Under the pieces are notes generated by a model. It saw only the letters and a list, made by a program, of their open reading frames with translations. It had not been told where the DNA came from and did not search any database. A DNA stretch of 64,000 nt from positions 245,178-309,177 of IMG/VR virus record IMGVR_UViG_3300033995_001164; one strand, written 5' to 3'. Made by a program: the position numbers and the translations under genes. Of the stretch, positions 46,774 through 55,864 are shown in pieces. Position 1 is the stretch's first letter. Every line of letters begins with the position of its first letter.

Positions 46774-47058
46774 TTTAAATTGTAATGATTCCCAACTTGC
46801 TCCCCTGTTAGAGTTAAAATGTTATGTTGTGACTATCTTTCAAATTGTGATGATTCCCAACTTTGAATTTCGTTGAGGCTAACTTACAGCGGTTGCGACT
46901 ACCTTTCAAATTGTGATGATTCCCAACTCAAAATGTTATTCAATTGGGGATTTTATGTTGTAACTACCTTTCAAATTGTGATGATTCCCAACCCTATTAA
47001 CGAGGTTTATATCGGTGTCCTCGTTGTGACTACCTTTAAAATCGAGACACATCCCAAT
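46774..47058 (-). CRISPR. CRISPR array associated with the TnpB/Cas12-like gene
   Basis: Consensus (+) GTTGTGACTACCTTTCAAATTGTGATGATTCCCAAC at 46826-46861, 46892-46927, 46957-46992; half-degenerate copies at 47023-47058 and 46774-46796; spacers 29, 30, 29 and 30 nt. Confidence 0.92.
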
Positions 47059-47255
47059 AATGGCTTTTCAAATGAAATTGTGATAGTCTATCCGTTCTCG
47101 GATAATGAGGTTTTGAGACCCCTAGCCGCCTAACCGTTCCGGCAATCACACGTTGACCGTGTTCTTTTACCCGGGTTATATCTGCATACAGTGTTTTAAC
47201 CTTTTAACGTGTTACACACACGCGAGTTACCAATATGTTTAAGAACTTTTTTATT
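47059..47255 (-). ncRNA. putative omegaRNA/tracrRNA-like scaffold
   Basis: Non-coding and GC-richer; hairpin 47089-47104; 47141-47150 reads UGUGAUUGCC on minus and can pair with repeat GGUAGUCACA. Confidence 0.7.
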
Positions 47256-47261
47256 ATGATA

Positions 47262-47269
47262 CAAAGATA
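47262..47269 (-). promoter_or_regulatory. TATCTTTG box driving the scaffold and array
   Basis: 5 nt after the nuclease stop codon, pointing into the non-coding region. Confidence 0.7.
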
Positions 47270-47274
47270 AGTAA

Positions 47275-48477
47275 TTATTCTCTAACTAACAAACTTTCTC
47301 TGATATTTTTTGCTGCGTTTATATCTCTATCGTGGTGTTCCTCACAAGACTTACAGGTCCATTCCCTTTGGGATAACTTTAACTCAGTATTTATATCCCC
47401 ACAGTTAGAACAAGTCTTACTTGTATTACGGGGGTCAATCCTATTAAATTCAATTCCTTTTGAATTACAAACACTTCCCAAATAATCGACAAATGAACGA
47501 ATCCCGATTCTTGCAGTGGATTTAGCCATATGTTTATTCTGTAACATAAATGACAAACGAATATCCTCAACTTGTATTTTAGAAAACTTACCTTTAGTTA
47601 AAACACCAACAACATATCTGTGATATTCTTTTCTAATATTATTTAATTCATTCTGTAATCTACCCTTCTTCTCAATTACTCTCCAATAATTTTTGGATTT
47701 AGGTTTACCCTTGTTTAATCTGTTCTTACGAGATATACTCTTTTGAATAATTGAAATCTTATCTTCCAATTTTTTAATCCTCTCAATTGGTACCTGATAT
47801 TTAAGTCCTTCGGATGTAATTGCCATATCTTTAATACCTACATCAATTCCCAATGATTTACCCGAACTATTAATCTTAACAATTTCAGTATCCTTTAAAT
47901 CCAATGTTAAAGATAAATACCAATTACCATCAGACTTCCTATGGATTGACATTAACTTTGGTGTAGACCCTTTGAATTGTTTATGAAACTTACATTTTAT
48001 AATTGGATTTATCCCAACTTTTTTAAGTAAAGTAGGAGCAAACCTAATTTCATTATTATCCCAATCCAAACTTAAACTTCCACGACTAATACTATTTGAA
48101 TTAGTCGTTAATTTCAATATATTCGTTTTTTTCTTATACGAAGGTTTTCTTGATTTTGGTTTTTTTCTGAAATTTTTAATTGATGTGACCAAAGATTCAG
48201 AAACATATTCCCTAAATATTGATGGAACATTATCAAACCAATTAATCGTTGAAAGATAATTAGAGAAAAGAGATTTACTCTTTAAGTTCGGAGCAGGAAA
48301 GTCCTTAAAATCTTTCCCATCAATAAATTCACTAACCAAAAGATTATATCCCCCTCTTAATTTATTACCAATATCAAATAACCATCTCTTTTGTTTATCA
48401 TCCGGGTATATCCTATACTCAACTGATACTCCAACATAAGATGGACCCTTTTTTCTTTCAACCAAAAAATGATTCAT
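47275..48477 (-). CDS. tnpB: TnpB/Cas12f-like RNA-guided nuclease, 400 aa
   Basis: YRIYP N-terminus, RuvC-I GIDVG, RuvC-II VED, zinc finger CSNC/CKSC, RuvC-III DRDINAAKNI; start 48477 follows TATATTTG at 48497-48504. Confidence 0.93.
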   Translation of the reverse strand: MNHFLVERKKGPSYVGVSVEYRIYPDDKQKRWLFDIGNKLRGGYNLLVSEFIDGKDFKDFPAPNLKSKSLFSNYLSTINWFDNVPSIFREYVSESLVTSIKNFRKKPKSRKPSYKKKTNILKLTTNSNSISRGSLSLDWDNNEIRFAPTLLKKVGINPIIKCKFHKQFKGSTPKLMSIHRKSDGNWYLSLTLDLKDTEIVKINSSGKSLGIDVGIKDMAITSEGLKYQVPIERIKKLEDKISIIQKSISRKNRLNKGKPKSKNYWRVIEKKGRLQNELNNIRKEYHRYVVGVLTKGKFSKIQVEDIRLSFMLQNKHMAKSTARIGIRSFVDYLGSVCNSKGIEFNRIDPRNTSKTCSNCGDINTELKLSQREWTCKSCEEHHDRDINAAKNIRESLLVRE

Positions 48478-48598
48478 ATATAATTTATTTAGAAAGCAAA
48501 TATAAAACAAAGAATTCAAATCACCAAATATATAATGAAAAAAAGGAATGGGATTCCCTCGAACGAAGTGAGAAACCGGACGAAGAGCACTATACGAA

Positions 48599-49929
48599 TT
48601 ACTCATCAGCAGGGATATTATTTAACCAATTATTAAAATATTGTGAAGTATCCACATGATTTAATCCAAATAGTTTTCTTATACTATTGTATAACTCAGA
48701 CTTCATAGATATTTTACTAACACTATGTGGTCTCGAACCAACCTTAACTCCATTCACAATATAATAATAACTAAACATCTTAAACGCCCTCTCAAAATGG
48801 TTACTCTCTTTCGATACCGATAAGGTGGGGTTATCACCAACAATAGAATTAAGATATTCATGAACCAATTTTTCCATTATGTTGTTTCATTAATATCGGA
48901 CATCACATAACCTTCAGGTGGAAAATGAACCAAACATCTTCCACTCTCTTTATAACAAGTACAATCCAATTCATCATCAATCTCAAATGAAGCACTGCTC
49001 ACCTTATCTTCGTAATTTGTGAAGAAATCATTAAAGATTCCCGTAATGGTCATTTTCTTTTTCACCTTACTTATTTTTTGAATAGTGAAACCCTTTGAGG
49101 GTCTATTGTTATCACAATGTTATTACTTGAATCCGCATACGAAGCAATGTCATCATCCAATAACATTTTATGGATATTATCATCATAATAAATCACCACA
49201 TCATTGTATGAGTAATGTGGGTAATGATTTTTGATTGGTTCCAATAGAACAACATCAGTACATTGACTAATGGCACCGTCCATAATGGATTTAATTAGTT
49301 CATAATAATATTGATTTCGGTTTTTCTTATACTCGTTCAATATATCAATTCGAGATAAGGGTTCAGTTGTTTTTGGTTTGGAGTTCCACATCATTTTTTA
49401 CTATTTCTATTAATTTTTTAAGACATTACATATTAAAGCTAACAATGGTAATGATAAGAGTAATAATGAAATTACTAACCCCCAATAATCTTTTATTTTT
49501 TGCATATTTCTATTAATTTTTTAAGTTTTGCTTCTTAACAATTTCTATCAACTTGACCAAACATTCAAGTTCTGCTTCTTCGTAAGTTTGAAAAAAAGTA
49601 TCCCATATTAATCCGCCTATTCTAAAATCACTATTATATTCAGTGATATTATCTTGGATATACCAACAATAAGGTTGTTGATATTTGTTTTCTTTAGTAA
49701 TCCAACTATCTAAATTATACTTCTCTCTAAACCATCTAAATGCTTGTTGGTAAAGTGGTGCTACAAATGTTGTTTTAGATTCTAATCTAAATTGAAAAGG
49801 AGCAGATATAGTTTCATTTGATATATAAACCTCTCTATCTTTACCTACATAATATCCTAAACAAGGTTCATCAAATCCTAATTCTTTTAAAGCTAATGCT
49901 TGTTCGTAAGGTATAAATTCTTTTTCCAT
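48599..49929 (-). CDS. four hypothetical proteins (48599-48877, 48877-49065, 49071-49394, 49513-49929)
   Basis: ORF track; 49513 has LKELGFDEPC..APLYQQAFRWFREKY..YEEAE. Confidence 0.6.
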
Positions 49930-50081
49930 AATTTTTTATTTAGAAAGCAAAGATATAATAAATTTTTTATTCCACCAAATATATAATAAAAAAAAGGGTT
50001 GGGATTCCATCGAACGAAGTGAGTCCGAACTGGGAGAGACCATAATTTGTTAATCCCAAAATTATTCCATATATTTAACCC

Positions 50082-50564
50082 ATGAATTTATATGAACAAT
50101 ACGAGAACTCGAAAACGGAGGGGATAGATGATAAAATTAAAACTATCACTAACCTTATAACCGAATATCCAAAAATCACGGATTACCTTTATAATAGAAT
50201 TGACACTTGTTTCGGGAAACACATCGTATATGTTGTTCATATGAAAGTGGATGGTATAGACATGATTAAAATTGGTTATACCAAAAACTCAGTAACCGGA
50301 AGATTCTCAGAAAAAAGATGGACCGACCACCATAAGATAGAAATAATCGAAGTTCTAAGAGGAAACACATTACAAGCAAAAGGAGCGGTGGATTTCGAAA
50401 AACAACTTAAATCAGTATGTTCAATCTTTACAATAGAGTCCAACCTAAAACTCCCGGGAAAAAATGAATTTATGAATATCAAGAATCTTAATGAGATACT
50501 AATCCAATACGATACCTTATTCCCAAAATATCAAAACATCATAGGTCTTAAATCACCTAATTAG
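50082..50564 (+). CDS. GIY-YIG/T5orf172-like nuclease domain protein
   Basis: VYVV..IKIGYTK..R..E...GKNEF. Confidence 0.6.
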   Translation: MNLYEQYENSKTEGIDDKIKTITNLITEYPKITDYLYNRIDTCFGKHIVYVVHMKVDGIDMIKIGYTKNSVTGRFSEKRWTDHHKIEIIEVLRGNTLQAKGAVDFEKQLKSVCSIFTIESNLKLPGKNEFMNIKNLNEILIQYDTLFPKYQNIIGLKSPN

Positions 50565-50738
50565 ATTCTAAAAAAAAAGGGGATGGGATTCCATCGAACG
50601 AAGTGAGTCCGGACTGGAAGGTATACGAATATCCCCTCCAATTAAAATATTAATCAAATCACCTTCAGTAAGTCTAACAATATTCCCCATATTAAATTTA
50701 TTTATTATAAATACTCAACAATTAGGGTATTTATTAAT

Positions 50739-51050
50739 ATGGAAATAATATTAACAGAGATTCAATATAAAAAATTACTATCAAATAAACCTCCAATAGA
50801 TTTATTACGAAGATTTGATTTAATAAAATCAACAATACCAAAAGTTATTAAGTATTATGATGTTGATGAATACAATAGAGAGGATTTTATTGATGAGGTT
50901 CTTCATCAACTATACGACGAAATTGATTATTATGGTATCGACAATTTTTTTGATTATGTTAAACCATTATTCTATGATGATATTGGGAACATATATGATA
51001 GGAAAGTGGGTTATAGATTAAAAAGAAGAAAACAAAAAACCCCACCTTAA
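50739..51050 (+). CDS. LTE-leader small protein
   Basis: MEIILTEIQY after a GTATTTAT box. Confidence 0.6.
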   Translation: MEIILTEIQYKKLLSNKPPIDLLRRFDLIKSTIPKVIKYYDVDEYNREDFIDEVLHQLYDEIDYYGIDNFFDYVKPLFYDDIGNIYDRKVGYRLKRRKQKTPP

Positions 51051-51061
51051 GGGTGGGGGTC

Positions 51062-51334
51062 TTATTCTATTCCGTCAATTCTTATATCAGGAAATTTCTC
51101 CCTTAAATAAGAAAGTAATAATTCATCAGTAAGTTCCCCAAACATTTGATTCAAAGTATACTCCGTTGAATAATCAACATAGTCAAATTGATAATATAAT
51201 ATCATAAACCCAAATATATCCCCGTTCTTATCCACAAACTCCCGAGGTGAACTATCATATGTTAAATCATATTGGGAGTCCATATAATTATTAAACATTC
51301 TTTCTAATCTACTTTCACTTATAACATATCTCAT
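51062..51334 (-). CDS. ISE-leader small protein
   Basis: MRYVISESRL. Confidence 0.6.
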   Translation of the reverse strand: MRYVISESRLERMFNNYMDSQYDLTYDSSPREFVDKNGDIFGFMILYYQFDYVDYSTEYTLNQMFGELTDELLLSYLREKFPDIRIDGIE

Positions 51335-51431
51335 ATTGATAAATACTTGACTATCAAAAAAGGGCTGGGATTCCATCGAACGAAGTGAGTCCGGACTGGA
51401 AGGTATATGAATAACCCCGCCCATTATAATA

Positions 51432-52052
51432 TTAATCAAATCGAATTATTCGATATTCATTAGTGTTAGGATAGAATTCCACATTCTCATCATATTGTTC
51501 CTGAGTCAATTCCCGACACTTATCCAATATGTCCTTTATCCCACCATTACAGATGGTATATCCTTTCTGTATATATTTCTGAACTCTTCTCAAAGAATCA
51601 AAGACAAATAATGGTTCAAGATGATTTATAATAATCCTCTTATGGTAAACATCCAATAAACCGGAGGGGTTACATATAACCTTCTCCCCATCAAACATAA
51701 ACTGACATACCGTAAAATCAAATGAATCAATAATATCCGTTAATTTATCATATTCCCTATATATAATCTGAACCTTAATCTTACCCTTTCTATAAGTCCT
51801 CAAGTTCTCATTGAAATAAACCAATTTATAACCATTACCCTTAGATAGATTCAACTTAACAAATAAATCCAAATCCTCTTTAGTTAATCCAAAGATGTCT
51901 ATATCACTATACTCATCCCCAAATAAACTATCCCGGACGGCTCCACCGGCAATTACAACATTCATCCTGTCCTTTTTCTCATCATCCCTAATAAAATTGA
52001 AATTAGGTAATTTAGTTAATAAAGAATCTTTCGGTAATTCACAATACTCCAT
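51432..52052 (-). CDS. nucleotidyltransferase (CCA-adding/poly(A) polymerase head-like)
   Basis: IAGGAVRD..SDIDIF, FDFTVCQ. Confidence 0.8.
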   Translation of the reverse strand: MEYCELPKDSLLTKLPNFNFIRDDEKKDRMNVVIAGGAVRDSLFGDEYSDIDIFGLTKEDLDLFVKLNLSKGNGYKLVYFNENLRTYRKGKIKVQIIYREYDKLTDIIDSFDFTVCQFMFDGEKVICNPSGLLDVYHKRIIINHLEPLFVFDSLRRVQKYIQKGYTICNGGIKDILDKCRELTQEQYDENVEFYPNTNEYRIIRFD

Positions 52053-52524
52053 AAGTTATTTTTCTACAAAGATATAACATTTCCTAATTCCTCACAAATT
52101 TTCCAAAAATTTTTTTTATCGTTGAAGGGACATTTAAAAAAGAAGGGGTCGTGTTTACGGAACGATAGTGTAGTACGTGTTCCCCCGTCAATACCCCACC
52201 CATTAGGTAGGGTTAAGATAAGTTCTAATTTCCGGACAGAGTTATTCCCCCATTAAAGGGTGGGGGATTTATTCCCCCGACCATCTAACCGGAGGGGTAA
52301 ATTTTTCCCCAAAAATTATTTTATTTGATTTAGGGGATTATCCCCCCTATATGACATTCTGACAGTATAGTAAGGGGGGATACCGCAGGGAGGGGGGGTG
52401 TACCCCGCCCCACGAGGGAGTATGGACCCCACCCATAAGTTATTAACATGACACCTCCCCTCCTTGTTAATAAAAAACCCCCACCATTCATAACAGTATG
52501 TTATGGTGATGTGAGGGTTATATG

Positions 52525-52977
52525 TTAGTAAGTATCTTCTTCAATGTCTTCATCCGGTTCAGGTTCCGGGACAGTCAAACCTTTTACAGTAAAAAAACTT
52601 CCTACCGTGAATCTTGCTTCAGGCATTCTCATCTCGGGTGGAATGGCGGGGGACTGTTGTACATCTTCAATGGTTGTGTTAACATCATTCTTTAGTTCCC
52701 TCATATCTTCAGTTGACCCCACAAAGAATAATGATAAGGACGTGGACTCATATTGTTCCCCTTGTTCTACTGACCTATCAATCCACCGGGCCACATCCCA
52801 CTCCTGTTCTTTCCCCAACTCATATGGGTCAATGAATATGTCCAAGAAGATAACATAAGTAAAGTTCTCTAATCTTGGGACATCTAATTGGACATCCTTT
52901 ATCCATGGGTACTCTCTCATTAGTACCTTCCTAACTATCTTGTAGGTATAATTGTTTTCTACTTCTTCCTGTGTCAT
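52525..52977 (-). CDS. hypothetical protein, paralogue of 39578 (EYP.I family)
   Basis: LMREYPWIKDV; ATATTTAT box upstream. Confidence 0.65.
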   Translation of the reverse strand: MTQEEVENNYTYKIVRKVLMREYPWIKDVQLDVPRLENFTYVIFLDIFIDPYELGKEQEWDVARWIDRSVEQGEQYESTSLSLFFVGSTEDMRELKNDVNTTIEDVQQSPAIPPEMRMPEARFTVGSFFTVKGLTVPEPEPDEDIEEDTY

Positions 52978-53069
52978 GATAATAAATATATAATCTTATG
53001 TTAAATACGTCAGAGAATATTTTTAATATTCCGTTTGGCGGGGTTATTATAATGTTGTATCTTTGTACC

Positions 53070-53382
53070 ACTGAATCGGTAATCAACCCGACAGGGGGCG
53101 CAACAAGGGTTGGGGAGAGTGGACGGAGCAGCGCTCATACTTGACCTTTAGGTTAAGTTATATTTTTATATAAACCCCGCCCATTTGGTGATGACCGGAA
53201 ACAAAAAATTCCCACACGTAATGGACACGACAGAGAAGATTTTTAATCTTCCATTTGGTCCGGGTGTCGTAGACCGACACGCTAGTGGAGTAGGATAATG
53301 AATAGTTATATGTGGTTGTCTATAATTCCAAACTTTACGTCCCTAAGGTACTGAGTGGTTAATCCCCTACTGTGGGGGACAA
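53070..53382 (+). ncRNA. candidate ~310-nt structured RNA
   Basis: TATCTTTG at 53058-53065; no ORF; several perfect hairpins; terminal TCCCC..GGGGA stem. Confidence 0.45.
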
Positions 53383-53519
53383 TCATATTCCATTATAAAT
53401 ATAGTTGATTATATGTAAAATCAAATATTAATCATTATCTTTGTGGTTAATTAAATAATCATATGAGAACATTACTAAAATTCTTATTCCTTGGGTGGTT
53501 AGTCACCATAATATATAAC

Positions 53520-53786
53520 CTATTTACCGGTGGGGACAAACGAAGATATTAGTTCCTGACACTTGTTTAAGATGTCGAGTGAGGAATAATCCCCTCCCAT
53601 CTCATATAGTCCTTCTATCTTGGCGTCCACACACGCCCAAGAGTTCATGCTTATTGGTTTCCTATTAAACCCCGCCTTTACCTTCTCGAAGTATAGAACC
53701 CCTTTCTGATTCACATTGTTGTCTGAGATGACCACTCGAATCACCTTCTCATCTATATAATCTATGTTGAATATTAAATCTTCCAT
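53520..53786 (-). CDS. hypothetical protein
   Basis: ORF track. Confidence 0.5.
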   Translation of the reverse strand: MEDLIFNIDYIDEKVIRVVISDNNVNQKGVLYFEKVKAGFNRKPISMNSWACVDAKIEGLYEMGGDYSSLDILNKCQELISSFVPTGK

Positions 53787-54772
53787 TGTTTTCTTGTCCG
53801 GATAATACCGTATACAGTTAAATATAGTTATGGAACATATAAAAATAAAGTTATTAACAGGCGGGGAATGGTCCTGACGCTATGTCAGTTGATAAAAAAA
53901 AGTGTAGTTGTTGATAAGTTTGGGGGTAAATTATTAGGATTTGTCAAAATGTCAGTCGAGGTTTCGATAAGGGATAATCCCTTTCCCCGCCTTTGAGGTG
54001 TTAACAAGTGGGTAGTCCTCCCACATTTTACCACCATATCCTGTGTGGTTATAGTGTAAAGACCACTTTTTCCCCTCTCACGACCCCTACAGGACCAGTT
54101 TTTTACTATATATAAAACCTGGCAAAAACAGTAGTGAGTAGTACAAGAGGCGGGGAGTTCCCTTTAGGGAACCTATAATAGGACATTTATAACCTCAACG
54201 AGGGAACCGATACCCCTTAGTGAACCATTCTACGCCCCTGTCGGTAGACCGACCAAAGGGAGTTCGAAGGAAGACAAGTCGTAGGTGGTTATGTAATAAC
54301 CCCGACCATCGGGAGGTGGTAAGTCGTTAAAAGTTACTATTCATATCACTCATGTGAGTTTTAAACTGACTACACTGATACAAAACATAACTTATTATAC
54401 GGTTATGGATGGATTATACCTTAAGGGGTGTAATTGTTTACCGAAGGTATTGTCTTATACCCTAATAGGTATAATCCCCTCATTAACTACTAATACCACC
54501 TCATCATTGTCTTGTCGTTAGGTGGGGACAATACATTCAGGCGGGGAATTGTATATATTGTGAGTAAAACAATTATTATCGGGTTATTGGTAGTAATAAG
54601 GTTATGGACCGATAATGATTATAAGAAATAGTGAAGAATGAAACTATGAGTGAATCCGGAGTGGAGAGAGAACTGACCGACAGGGAAGTGGAACGGAACA
54701 TAGGTATGAACGAATGGTTTTAGTCTTTAGTATTTCTTTGTTATGTAAATCTTTATTATTATCTTTGTGATT

Positions 54773-55825
54773 ATGAATAAACCCACCCATCCTGAAATTA
54801 TTGAGAAAGTATTGCTTCGTCTTATTAGAACGGAGTATCCTTCCGTGGAGGGAACAAGGATTGTTCATATATTTGGTAAGGGCTACAGTAAATATCATGT
54901 TTATGTTGGGGTGAGTTATACGGATGTTATTAGAAATAATTACTCTGAGTTTATACCATATGTTAATAACTTAGGTAAATACATTTTACCTCATCCGGAT
55001 ATTATTAAAGTCGTGGGATTTTATACTATATCTGAGTAATCTATTATATGGTCCGGGGCGTTAATCCCCAACCCCTTATATTTATTTAGTATGAAATATA
55101 TTATACCCGAAGAAAAACTTAAGAAACTAATTAAGTCATACATTATGTCTCGTTACAATTCAGTTAGTAAGGTTTACTTTACAAAAAGAAATGTTCATAC
55201 ACCGAGTTTTTTTGAAGGTAATCCCGTTCGAAACATTACTTTAACAATTATTAATATTGAGTTTAATTCCGGTGAGATGGTTCACGGTTATTTAAGTGCA
55301 TCACCATCCCGAACTTTAAGAACAATTCAAAACGATATTAATTCCATGTTTAATCTTGGTATTGGTGACGGCCCCTATTCTTTATGGGATGTTGATGGAA
55401 CTGTGGTTCATTAATCTATTATATGGTCCGAGGCGTTAATCCCCAACCCCTTATATTTATTTAGTATGAAATACATTATAACAGAAAACCAATTAGATAG
55501 ATTCATTAGTAAATGGTTATCCAAGGAATATGCAGATTTGGAAATTTATGACCACGATAATCAACTTTGGTGTTTATATGTTGATAAAGATGGTGAGGTA
55601 ATATTTCTTTATCATACCAAAGACAATGAGTTGTATGTCTCAAAGGATGTTATGAAATTTTTAATCGATATGTTTTCCATTGATGTCGAACAGACTAAGG
55701 ACATACTTAGAGAATGGTTTGAAAAGTACACCGGTTTGAATTCTTATAAGGTTTTATCTTGGGATTTTTTTGATGCGGATTGGAAAAAAATTGTTAGATG
55801 GGAAACAAAAAAACGATTATCTTAA
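54773..55825 (+). CDS. three small genes (54773-55039, 55091-55414, 55466-55825); last two with MKYII leaders
   Basis: ORF track and promoter boxes. Confidence 0.65.
55037..55098 (+). repeat. 62-bp promoter module duplicated at 55412-55473; related copy at 59697-59725
   Basis: TAATCTATTATATGGTCCGRGGCGTTAATCCCCAACCCCTTATATTTATTTAGTATGAAATA, one mismatch between copies. Confidence 0.9.
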
Positions 55826-55864
55826 ATTAAAAACCCCCACCGTTAAGTGAGGATTTTCTTTTTG

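Larger units (their letters stand above)
52053..54750. other. large mostly non-coding region; candidate replication origin or genome end
   Basis: G/C tracts, many hairpins, DnaA-box-like 9-mers, mirror-oriented flanking repeats. Confidence 0.5.

Noticed and set aside
46873-47133. 86-aa plus-strand ORF
   Set aside because: It runs through the CRISPR repeats and scaffold antisense to their promoter; no coding support.
47275-48477. Ordinary IS605/IS607 element
   Set aside because: No transposase, no recognisable IS ends, a native phage promoter upstream and an array downstream.
52053-54750. tRNA, tmRNA or RNase P genes
   Set aside because: No cloverleaf or diagnostic conserved ends could be found by eye.
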